A stretch of 45,069 nt of DNA from Candidatus Nanohaloarchaea archaeon (GTDB lineage: Archaea; Nanohalarchaeota; Nanosalinia; Nanosalinales; Nanosalinaceae), in the NCBI GenBank assembly GCA_042217585.1, contig JBDGSJ010000014.1, positions 1-45,069 of the forward strand. The letters are read 5' to 3'. This document shows, one piece after another, positions 27,278-34,919 of this stretch (within the stretch, counting starts at the first letter, position 1; every line of letters starts with the position of its first letter). A program made the position numbers and the translations under genes. The notes beneath the pieces were generated by a model. That model did no database searches and was not told the origin of the DNA. It worked only from the letters and a program-made list of their open reading frames with translations.

Positions 27278-27757
27278 TCAGACGAACAGCTCCATCATGT
27301 TTTCCGCGAGGTCGTAGTCCTCGGACTGCCGGAATATCTCGGGATACTCCTTTATCTCCTCTATGTGGAGACCTGTCTCGTCCTCACCGTACCTTTCCTC
27401 GACGACCTCCCAGGGAACCATGTAGGCTTTCCGCGCCCTCCCGCGACCTCTCTTCAGCTCGACCGCGAGGTAGCCGTTCCTTCCGCTCCTGCGGAAGAAG
27501 TCCGAGATCCTCTCGACCTGGTGTCCTTTCTCGGAGTGGGAGAAGTGCTGGGAGAAGTAGAGCTTGTTGGTCGACGAGGTCTTGACGGACTTGTTCTCTA
27601 TCCCCATGTAGAACGTCTCGTGCTCCGAGTCAACGAGGACGTCACAGAGCTGGGATGAGAACCTGTGCTGCTTCTTCCTGTGAGCGATCCCTCTTATGTC
27701 CTCCTGCTCAAAGAACCTGTTGAACGCGTTCACCAGGGACCTCTCGAAGTCCGTCAT
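27278..27757 (-). CDS. PD-(D/E)xK nuclease, Holliday-junction-resolvase-like (Hjc/RecU-like)
   Basis: DFERSLV...CDVLVDS...GIENKS...HQVERI...GYLAVE. Confidence 0.75.
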   Translation of the reverse strand: MTDFERSLVNAFNRFFEQEDIRGIAHRKKQHRFSSQLCDVLVDSEHETFYMGIENKSVKTSSTNKLYFSQHFSHSEKGHQVERISDFFRRSGRNGYLAVELKRGRGRARKAYMVPWEVVEERYGEDETGLHIEEIKEYPEIFRQSEDYDLAENMMELFV

Positions 27758-27790
27758 GTAAGAGAGTTGGACCCGGCCACGGATAAATGG

Positions 27791-27976
27791 TTACCTCCTG
27801 GCCCGGTAGAACTGGGAGAACGCGACGACCAGCATCGAGAAGCCGAGAACCATGTAGACCAGGTAGTCAGCGCCCTCCATGAAGTTCACGATCCCGACTG
27901 AGACCGCGAAACCGGCCGCGAAGAAAGCCGCCGAGTAGCTCAGCTTCTCCGGGTCCAGGCGACCGTCTAAATCCAT
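27791..27976 (-). CDS. Small 2-TM membrane protein
   Basis: 61 aa, two hydrophobic helices, basic tail, upstream TTTAAG. Confidence 0.65.
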   Translation of the reverse strand: MDLDGRLDPEKLSYSAAFFAAGFAVSVGIVNFMEGADYLVYMVLGFSMLVVAFSQFYRARR

Positions 27977-28011
27977 GTATGAGATGAGAGAACTCCTCCA
28001 ACTTAAATTTT

Positions 28012-28752
28012 TCAGAAATCCCCGAGGCCGGCCTGGCTCGGCTCCTGGAGGACCTTTCCGGATGTCAGCGCGATCGCCATCCTGCCGTTCGAAAGTATCT
28101 GGCCCTTCACGGATCTGAGCTCCCCCGAGAAGCGGCCGGCCCTCTCCACGTTCCGCGGAGAGATTTCCGGGTAGGCGGTGAGTGACTGGACGTCCACGGT
28201 CTCCGCCTCCAGCCCCAGTTCATCTAACTTCTCCCCGAGGACGCTGTCCGCGGCTCCCAGCTTCTTCTCCTTCGCTATCCTCTCGCTGAAGCCGCGGTCC
28301 GACATCTCGGATTCACGGTCCAGCGCCTCCTGACTGCTCAGGCCTCCGGAAATCTCTGCGGCGTGGTCGGCGCCCTGCTCCACCCATCTCTTCTCCAGCC
28401 TTGAGGACCTTGCGACCCCGACTTTCACCGCTTTTCCGCACTGCGCGAGGTAGACGCTGAAATCGTCGTCGGTCTCGATCCCGGACCTCCCGGTGACGTA
28501 GTCCCGGTAGTAGTCCTTCCTGCGGCATTCGCTGCACTGGTCCCCCGAATCTATCTCCCTGAACCCGGGGCAGGGCTTCATCTCTCCCTGCTCCACCCAG
28601 TGCCCTGTACACCTCCTCTTACTGCCTATCTCGAAGTCGAGCTTTTTCCCGACCGGGAGCTCCTCCTCCCGGTAGCCGTCCGCGGTCGCGGTCCTCAGGA
28701 CGGCCCTCCAGTCCTCATCCTTCCTCCACTTCACCTTCACTACTGCTCTCAT
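28012..28752 (-). CDS. DUF2797 domain protein (Cys4 zinc-binding)
   Basis: RRCTG...PCP...QCSECR, VYLA...VKVGV...RWVEQGA, LRSVKGQIL. Confidence 0.9.
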   Translation of the reverse strand: MRAVVKVKWRKDEDWRAVLRTATADGYREEELPVGKKLDFEIGSKRRCTGHWVEQGEMKPCPGFREIDSGDQCSECRRKDYYRDYVTGRSGIETDDDFSVYLAQCGKAVKVGVARSSRLEKRWVEQGADHAAEISGGLSSQEALDRESEMSDRGFSERIAKEKKLGAADSVLGEKLDELGLEAETVDVQSLTAYPEISPRNVERAGRFSGELRSVKGQILSNGRMAIALTSGKVLQEPSQAGLGDF

Positions 28753-29362
28753 CTTCAAGCGCCTCCTTTACCGGTTTCCTGTGGCTCGCACCGACGAACG
28801 CCACTATCTCGGCCCCAGGGTTCTCCTCCCGGACCGCCTTCAGGTTCTCCGTCATCACGCGGTTCCTCTCCTCGAAAAGTATCGTGTAGAGCTGCGGAAA
28901 CATCTCCTCCAGTTCCTCCACCATCTCGTCTATCTGGTCCTGCTCAGGGATGACCGACGGGTCGTATCCGAACGGCCCCATCACGAAACCTGCGAGTATC
29001 GAAAGGACTACCTTGACCTTCTCCTTGCGGCTCATCTGCCTCAGCCGGTCCACCGTTATCCTGATATCCTGATCTATTAGCGCCACGTCGTTGCCCCTCT
29101 CGACCGATCTCTCGTAGGCGTAAAGGAGCTCCCGGCCCGGCATAAGACCCGTCCTCTTCCCTATGAAGTCCTGGAACCTGCTTATCAGTCTGAGGAACAG
29201 CGGTCCCTGTGAGCGGTCCTCGTCATCGAGCAGCGACTGGAGCCTCAGCGGGTCCAGCTCAAGCGCGACTATATCGGGGTCGTGGCGGCTGAAGGCTTCG
29301 TCTATCAGCTCTATACTGTCCCGAGAAACATGGGAGGTCCCGTACAAGTGTATCTCTTTCAT
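28715..29362 (-). CDS. TraB/GumN (Tiki-like) domain protein, soluble form
   Basis: GTSHVS, VALELDPLR, DQDIRITV, EERNRVM, VGASH. True start at 29362, because the ORF-track extension runs through the SRP RNA. Confidence 0.92.
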   Translation of the reverse strand: MKEIHLYGTSHVSRDSIELIDEAFSRHDPDIVALELDPLRLQSLLDDEDRSQGPLFLRLISRFQDFIGKRTGLMPGRELLYAYERSVERGNDVALIDQDIRITVDRLRQMSRKEKVKVVLSILAGFVMGPFGYDPSVIPEQDQIDEMVEELEEMFPQLYTILFEERNRVMTENLKAVREENPGAEIVAFVGASHRKPVKEALEDESSSEGEVEEG

Positions 29363-29374
29363 TGGTTGTAAAAC

Positions 29375-29641
29375 TGGCGGGTTCCCGCGGGTCGATGCCG
29401 GCTCAACGACCGGTGATCCACCGGGCGTCCTCAGGTCCGCCACCCCCCGAACATGCAACGGACTGCTTAGGGCTGCTCCCGCCAGGGCCTGACCCGGTTC
29501 ACAGCTCGCTGCATCCCGGAGGACGGACCGTCGACAGACGGTCGGAGGGCCGGATCGTCGACCCGGCACCTTCCCGTGGTTTTCGGCCCCTGCGACGGGG
29601 ATTTCAGGTTACAGGCGGCCCCGAACCGCCCGGCCTACCCA
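29375..29641 (-). ncRNA. ffs: Signal recognition particle RNA (7S), Alu plus S domain, about 265 nt
   Basis: Minus strand reads GGGUAGGCCGGGCGGUUCGGGGCCGCCUGUAACCUGAAAUCCCCGUCGCAGGGGCC (Alu helices 2-4, UGU motif, CGGGG/CCCCG loop-loop pairing). Long helix 5, then helix 8 UGAACCGGGUCAGGCCC-UGGC-GGGAGCAGCCCUAAG with the SRP54-binding CAGG/AGCA loop. Ends are approximate. Confidence 0.95.
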
Positions 29642-29663
29642 TGTAGTTGAAACCGGTTGGTAA

Positions 29664-29672
29664 TGTTAAAAG
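29664..29672 (-). promoter_or_regulatory. TATA box of the SRP RNA gene
   Basis: CTTTTAACA about 25 nt upstream of the predicted 5' end. Confidence 0.65.
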
Positions 29673-29681
29673 TTGGATGGT

Positions 29682-30065
29682 CTACCTCGCGGCCAGTCTC
29701 TGCCTCCAGTTTGACACCACGTTATCCGGCAACATCCCGACCACTATGAGCCCGAATATCAGGAGATACAGCGCCGGCCCAAGATCGATGAAGGCCACCA
29801 GACTCTCCGTCGAGTAGACCGTGGCTATGTAGGCCGTGAACGTAAGTCCTGTCATACCGGATATCGCTATGAGGATGGCAGACCCTATCCTCTGCCTTTC
29901 AAGGAGTATGTAGTAAGTCAGAGACGCGGCGAGGAACGACAGGTAGTATAGCGGATTGCCCTTCATCCCGGAGGACCCGACCAGAAGCGTGAACACCACC
30001 ATCAACAGCATCAGGAAGTTCTTCCTTCGCTCCTGCTCCTCGTCCTTTATCCAGATGCTGGCCAT
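29682..30065 (-). CDS. Hypothetical 4-TM membrane protein
   Basis: 127 aa with four hydrophobic segments. Confidence 0.78.
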   Translation of the reverse strand: MASIWIKDEEQERRKNFLMLLMVVFTLLVGSSGMKGNPLYYLSFLAASLTYYILLERQRIGSAILIAISGMTGLTFTAYIATVYSTESLVAFIDLGPALYLLIFGLIVVGMLPDNVVSNWRQRLAAR

Positions 30066-30100
30066 GGAGAAAAATTCACACAGCTATTTATCAAACCGGC

Positions 30101-30271
30101 TCATTCCGCCAGCAGTTCTGAGCCCTTCACCACTACGCTGGCCAGCGAGATCGCGGCCATGTATGCGGCGGAGGCGCTCCTCGAGAGATCCATCGAGTAC
30201 CTCGAGAAACGGAAAGAGATCTCCGCAGAGACCCTGACGGCCGCCTCCCTAAGAAACCCGGCTAGACTCAT
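30101..30271 (-). CDS. Possible small hypothetical protein (56 aa)
   Basis: ATG 10 nt after the stop of the PqqB-like gene, fills the gap. Ala/Ser-rich atypical composition. Confidence 0.4.
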   Translation of the reverse strand: MSLAGFLREAAVRVSAEISFRFSRYSMDLSRSASAAYMAAISLASVVVKGSELLAE

Positions 30272-30281
30272 AATCTGCACC

Positions 30282-31088
30282 TCATATCTCCAGTTCCATG
30301 TCCTGCTCGGCGATCCTGAACCCGCGGTCCTCAAGTTCCTGTCGCTCGTCCGAACCCTCTCTCAGGACCGGGTTGGTGTGGTTGATGTGCGTGAAATAGA
30401 TCTCGGTTTCGAAATCCTCCATCTGGTCCATCGTCTCCTCTATCGGGGGATGAGGGACCTCGTCGTACCTGTCGATCTCGTCCCTGCTCCAGAAAGTACC
30501 ATCGATTATGGCGATATCCGCCTCCCTGATCGAACCGACCACTGAATCGCTCCACTCGTGGATGTCAGGGACGTAGTAAAGTGTCTTCTCTGGGCCTTCA
30601 AGGAAGTAGGTCGAGACCTCCCTGTTCAGGTTCTCGTGGTGCTCCTCTCTTACCTCAAGATCCACTCCCTGCAGATCCTTCCTTTCGCCGTCCTGGACCT
30701 GAGAGATATCTATGTTATCCCTATCCACAAGGTACCTGTACGGGTCGTTCTTCATAAGGAAGTTCTCCACCCGGTCGTTGCAGAAGACCGTGACGCCGTT
30801 CGCATCGATCCCCTGCTCTCCGAAGAAGAGGAGACCTGTAGCATGACCGATCTCGTGATGAGGTATGAAAACACCGTCTATGTATTTCCCTGAGATCTGG
30901 TTCCGGATATCCGGGCTGGCATCGATCAGGTATCTGAACGAGTCCTCGCTGGAGTCCTCACGAAGCAGTATCGAGGAAACGAACTTCTGCCTGCATGGGT
31001 CTTCCCTGGCGGCCTGACAGAGCTCACACTCACAGCCCATATGCGGAAGCCCGCCGTCCTGTATGTTGCCAAGTATCTTCACCTCCAT
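30282..31088 (-). CDS. PqqB-like metallo-beta-lactamase-fold hydrolase
   Basis: ILGNIQDGGLPHMGCECELC, LIDASPD, PHHEIGH, IDGTFW, VPHP, THINHTNP. Likely ATG at 31088. Confidence 0.9.
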   Translation of the reverse strand: MEVKILGNIQDGGLPHMGCECELCQAAREDPCRQKFVSSILLREDSSEDSFRYLIDASPDIRNQISGKYIDGVFIPHHEIGHATGLLFFGEQGIDANGVTVFCNDRVENFLMKNDPYRYLVDRDNIDISQVQDGERKDLQGVDLEVREEHHENLNREVSTYFLEGPEKTLYYVPDIHEWSDSVVGSIREADIAIIDGTFWSRDEIDRYDEVPHPPIEETMDQMEDFETEIYFTHINHTNPVLREGSDERQELEDRGFRIAEQDMELEI

Positions 31089-31283
31089 CCCGGCTATCCC
31101 CTGTAAAACCGCTCCCACCTTAACATTAAAAAGACTGGCAGGTCCTTTTTCCCCTATGAGTAGTGATCGTTTTTGCCCCTGTCTCCCGGAATGAACGCGG
31201 AGAGATGAAACTTTACCGGGGCGGGATCACTATTTCTGGACCGAGTTTTCCGTCGGAAAAAAGGGTGCTTCACGGGCAGAGAC

Positions 31284-31354
31284 GCCGGGATGGCAGAGGA
31301 GTTATGCAGCCGCCTGCAGAGCGGCTTACCGGGGTGCAAATCCCCGTCCCGGCT
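31284..31354 (+). tRNA. tRNA-Cys (GCA), no intron, CCA not encoded
   Basis: Acceptor stem GCCGGGA/TCCCGGC, anticodon arm GCCGC-CTGCAGA-GCGGC, T arm CGGGG-TGCAAAT-CCCCG, U73 discriminator. Confidence 0.96.
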
Positions 31355-31371
31355 TCAGAGGTGTTCCCGCG

Positions 31372-31686
31372 GTGAAACTTCCTCCTGGACAGCGACCCGA
31401 CGCATCGGAGCTCTACACCCTTGAAGAGGCGGACCGCGAGGTCAGGGAGGAGGTCCCGCCATCCGGCAAGCTGGTTTACTACACGCTGAAGCAGGAGGGA
31501 GAGATGTCACAGCCAGCCCTGAGAGATGAGACACTTCTTGACGAGAGGACGGTCAGGAAGGGACTGGAGGACCTTGATGAAGTCGATGTAGTCTACGACA
31601 GGCCGAACCTGATGGACGCGAGATCCGACATATACGGGCTGAAAATCGATGAGTTCCTTGAAGGTGATGGTCACGGGACCGACTGA
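31372..31686 (+). CDS. Small winged-HTH transcription regulator (MarR/TrmB-like)
   Basis: PPSGKLVYYTL...ETLLDERTVRKGL...DARSDIY pattern typical of euryarchaeal wHTH proteins. Confidence 0.85.
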   Translation: MKLPPGQRPDASELYTLEEADREVREEVPPSGKLVYYTLKQEGEMSQPALRDETLLDERTVRKGLEDLDEVDVVYDRPNLMDARSDIYGLKIDEFLEGDGHGTD

Positions 31687-32068
31687 TATAGCCGCGGCAG
31701 TCACTTACAGCCCGGAGAGAGACCGCTTCCTCCTCCTGAAGCGTGGTGAGGACCGTGAGGTCTTCCCGGGACGCTGGGACTTCCCCTCCGGCAGGATAGA
31801 GGACGAGGAACCTGATAGGGCCGCACTGAGGGAGCTCAGGGAGGAGACAGGGTTGCTGGGCGAGGTGATGCGGTCCGGGGAACCGTTCCCCGTCGAGACG
31901 GATTACGGGGAGTTCGTGGTCCATCCCTTCCTCGTCAGGGTCGGAGATGAAGAGGTTGAGCTTTCAGGAGAGCATTCTGAGAGCAGATGGGTCGACAGGG
32001 AGGAGATCCGCGGTATGGACACCGTGAAATCACTTGAGAAGGACCTCGAAAGAGTTGACGTGATATAG
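31667..32068 (+). CDS. NUDIX hydrolase
   Basis: FLLLKR, PGRWDFPSG...AALRELREETGL, LSGEH. AGGTG SD before the ATG at 31667. Confidence 0.93.
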   Translation: MVTGPTDIAAAVTYSPERDRFLLLKRGEDREVFPGRWDFPSGRIEDEEPDRAALRELREETGLLGEVMRSGEPFPVETDYGEFVVHPFLVRVGDEEVELSGEHSESRWVDREEIRGMDTVKSLEKDLERVDVI

Positions 32069-32518
32069 ATGACAGGAGAAAAATTCAGGACTGTGGTCAA
32101 AGCACTGATAACCTGCAACGGAAAAATACTGATAGGAAAGAAGGAAGAGGACGACGAACACCCGATAGGCGGTGAGTGGCACATCCTCGGCGGACACCTC
32201 GAGAAGGGAGAGCAGATGGAAGAGGCGGTCCGACGGGAAGTGAAGGAGGAGACCGGCCTCGAGGTCGAGGTCCACCAGGTGGTGGACGTCATGACCTTCC
32301 CCTGGGAGGACGGGGACGACAGGAACTCGGTCCAGGTCCTCTACCACTGCGAATCCGAGAGCATGGACGCGGAACCGATGGAGGACCTCCAGCAGGTAGA
32401 ATGGGTGGAGCCAGAGGACCTGAAGGACGAGTTGAATGAGAAGGAGGAGAAAAGGCTGGAAAACCGGGAGCCCCAGGCGGGTTTCCTGGAGAAACTCGAG
32501 GAGCTGTACCTGGGATGA
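32069..32518 (+). CDS. NUDIX hydrolase
   Basis: Canonical box GHLEKGEQMEEAVRREVKEETGL. Confidence 0.95.
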   Translation: MTGEKFRTVVKALITCNGKILIGKKEEDDEHPIGGEWHILGGHLEKGEQMEEAVRREVKEETGLEVEVHQVVDVMTFPWEDGDDRNSVQVLYHCESESMDAEPMEDLQQVEWVEPEDLKDELNEKEEKRLENREPQAGFLEKLEELYLG

Positions 32519-33024
32519 CCGAGATAAAGTTCCTGAGACATTTCCAGACCCAGGTCCAGCCCGGGAAACCCGCGTCCGATTGGCCCCTTTCAGAGAGTGG
32601 AGAGGAGAACTCGAAGGAATTCGTGGAGAACAGGCTGCCATGGGTCGACGCGGTGTACACCAGCACCGAGGAAAAAGCGATGAGGACCGCGAGGGCGGCC
32701 GCGGAAAAGCTCGATGTCGAGATGGTGAAGACTGATCTGCTGGCGGAGGTGGACCGGTCCGCGACCGGGTTCATCGAGGACCACGACCGGTACGTTGAGA
32801 TGGTCCGGGAGTACCTCTCCGGCAGAGAGACGCGCTGGGAGGACCGGGAGGAGGTCCGTGAGCGTTTCCGCGGGTTCCTGGAGAAGGTGGAGGAGGAGTC
32901 GGATCACGACGAGGTCCTTGCTGTGACGCACGGGATGTTCCTCTCGCTGAACGTCCCACACGGGAAAAATTTCGAGTTCTGGGAAAACCTCGAGTTCGGC
33001 GAACTCATCGGCTACGTCAGGTGA
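32515..33024 (+). CDS. Histidine phosphatase (phosphoglycerate mutase) family protein
   Basis: FLRH, WPLSESG, YTS...KAMRTA, LAEVD, VTHG. Confidence 0.9.
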   Translation: MTEIKFLRHFQTQVQPGKPASDWPLSESGEENSKEFVENRLPWVDAVYTSTEEKAMRTARAAAEKLDVEMVKTDLLAEVDRSATGFIEDHDRYVEMVREYLSGRETRWEDREEVRERFRGFLEKVEEESDHDEVLAVTHGMFLSLNVPHGKNFEFWENLEFGELIGYVR

Positions 33025-33033
33025 AACTGTAAT

Positions 33034-34479
33034 ATGACACTGAAGCTGTTCAACACGCTGAAGCGCGAGAAGGAAGAGTTCAAACCCATCGAAGATGGAA
33101 AGGTCCGGTTCTACAGCTGTGGCCAGACCATCTACGACGACCTTCACGTCGGTAACGCCCGGGCGTACGTCGTCTGGGACACTCTCAGGCGCTACCTGGA
33201 GTGGAAGGGATACACGGTCCGCCACGTCCAGAACATCACCGACGTGGGCCACCTGACCGACGACGGCGACCAGGGCGAGGACAAGGTGGAGAAAAGGGCC
33301 AGGAAGCTGGGCCTGGAGCCGATGGAGCTGGTCGAGGACCAGATAGAACGGTACTTCGAAGACACGAAGGCTCTCAACGTCGAGAGGCAGGACATAGTGC
33401 CGCGCGCCACCGGCCACATCAACGAGATGATCGAGTACGTACAGCGCATCTACGACAACGGGTACGCGTACGAGGTCGACGGCAACATCTACTTCGACGT
33501 GGAGAAGTTCGCCGGCGACTACCCGTACGGCGAGATGGCGAGGAAGGACCTGGAGCAGCTGAAGGAGGAGGCCGAGTCACGTGTCGAGCCGGACGACAGG
33601 AAGAAGAACCAGTACGACTTCGCTCTCTGGCTGAACGCGGACGAATCCCACCTGATGAAGTGGACCGCGAAGTTCGAGTTAGACGGCGAGCTGGTCAGGT
33701 CCGAGGGTTACCCGGGCTGGCATATCGAGTGCTCGGTGATGTCCCAGCAGTACCTCGGCGACGAGTTCGACATCCACGCCGGTGGAAAGGACCACATCTT
33801 CCCCCACCATCCGAACGAGAGGGCGCAGTGCTTCGCCGCGAGCGGAGAGGGACAGGCACGGTACTGGCTCCACAACGAGTTCATACAGGTAGAGGGCGAG
33901 AAGATGTCGAAGTCAGAGGGTAACTTTTACACGGTCCGTGAACTCCTGGACGAGGATTTCTCGGGCGACGCGATCAGGCTCTACCTGCTCTCCTCCCATT
34001 ACAGGTCCGAGACGGACTTCTCCCGCGAGGGACTGGAGAAGGCGGAGAAAGAGCTCGACAGGGTCAGGAGAGCGGTCAAGAGGACCGGTGCGGAAGGCTC
34101 CGGCCTGGACCGTGAGGACCCCGAGGTGGACCAGCTGGTCAGGGAGTTCGAGGACGCGATGGATGACGACCTGAACACCGCGAGAGCCAAGCAGGCTCTG
34201 ATGGAGGCCGTTAAGGGCGTCAACGAGATGATGGCGGAGGACGAGGAGCCCAGAGAGAAGATCGGCGACGCGGTGGTCGAGCTGTTCGGGGTCCTCGGCG
34301 TCGACGTGACGCCTGAAGCCGGAAAGAGGGAGGCCGAGATGGCGGACACCCTGCTGGAGCTGAGGGAAAAGTTCCGTGAGAGAGAGGACTACGAGACCTC
34401 GGATTACATACGTGACCGGCTCGAGGAGCTCGGTTTCGAGGTCGAGGACACTGATGAGGGCTCGGAGTGGTTCCGCTGA
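33034..34479 (+). CDS. cysS: Cysteinyl-tRNA synthetase
   Basis: CGQTIYDDLHVGNAR, GYPGWHIECS, FPHHPNE, KMSKS. Confidence 0.99.
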   Translation: MTLKLFNTLKREKEEFKPIEDGKVRFYSCGQTIYDDLHVGNARAYVVWDTLRRYLEWKGYTVRHVQNITDVGHLTDDGDQGEDKVEKRARKLGLEPMELVEDQIERYFEDTKALNVERQDIVPRATGHINEMIEYVQRIYDNGYAYEVDGNIYFDVEKFAGDYPYGEMARKDLEQLKEEAESRVEPDDRKKNQYDFALWLNADESHLMKWTAKFELDGELVRSEGYPGWHIECSVMSQQYLGDEFDIHAGGKDHIFPHHPNERAQCFAASGEGQARYWLHNEFIQVEGEKMSKSEGNFYTVRELLDEDFSGDAIRLYLLSSHYRSETDFSREGLEKAEKELDRVRRAVKRTGAEGSGLDREDPEVDQLVREFEDAMDDDLNTARAKQALMEAVKGVNEMMAEDEEPREKIGDAVVELFGVLGVDVTPEAGKREAEMADTLLELREKFREREDYETSDYIRDRLEELGFEVEDTDEGSEWFR

Positions 34480-34482
34480 GAA

Positions 34483-34725
34483 TCAGTGCATCTGTCCGCG
34501 GTGGATCCTCATGCCCTGCTTTGAGTCGAACTCCTTTCCGCAGTCAGGGCATTCCACGGGTTCCTCTTCCTGTTCTTCGCCTTCTTCATCTTCCTCTTCG
34601 GCCTCTCTCTGTTCGTCCTTTTCCTCTTCTCCCTCGTCGAATATCTCTTCGGCGCGGTTCTCCGTTATACCGAGCATCTCCTTCGCCTTCTCTTTCTGCC
34701 TCTCCGCCTTGTCGTCTCCTGCCAT
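34483..34725 (-). CDS. Small protein: EKAKEMLGI motif, acidic linker, C2H2 zinc finger
   Basis: CPDCGKEFDSKQGMRIHRGQMH finger. TTTAAG about 25 nt upstream of the ATG. Confidence 0.88.
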   Translation of the reverse strand: MAGDDKAERQKEKAKEMLGITENRAEEIFDEGEEEKDEQREAEEEDEEGEEQEEEPVECPDCGKEFDSKQGMRIHRGQMH

Positions 34726-34919
34726 CACCACGGGGATTAGTTCTCCGGCCTTAAACAGGTTAGGGAGTTCTTAAGAAAGTGGAGGAAATATATTTCCGGC
34801 CGGAGAGTACTTTACTCCCCTTCTTTTTCCGCCCGCTTCCTCTGCTTGTGGTCCGGTTCCGCGTTGAAGATTTCATCGGCCCTGTCGTCACTTATACCGA
34901 GCATCTCCTTCGCCTTCTC
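34665..34919. repeat. Identical 28-nt direct repeat in two adjacent small genes
   Basis: TTATACCGAGCATCTCCTTCGCCTTCTC at 34665-34692 and 34892-34919. Confidence 0.95.

Noticed and set aside
29363..29646. 69-aa N-terminal extension of TraB and the plus-strand ORF 29362-29646
   Set aside because: Both overlie the SRP RNA, and TraB similarity begins at Met 29362.
30282..31088. PQQ biosynthesis locus
   Set aside because: Only a PqqB-like hydrolase is present, with no pqqA, C, D or E. Stand-alone homologues are common.
31191..31375. Chain of ATGA-overlapping mini-ORFs and the 70-aa ORF 31163-31375
   Set aside because: The long ORF runs through the tRNA, and the 5-codon ORF has no support.
31355..33033. 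Integrated element at the tRNA-Cys 3' end
   Set aside because: No integrase, no duplicated tRNA 3' end seen, and composition matches the rest of the window.
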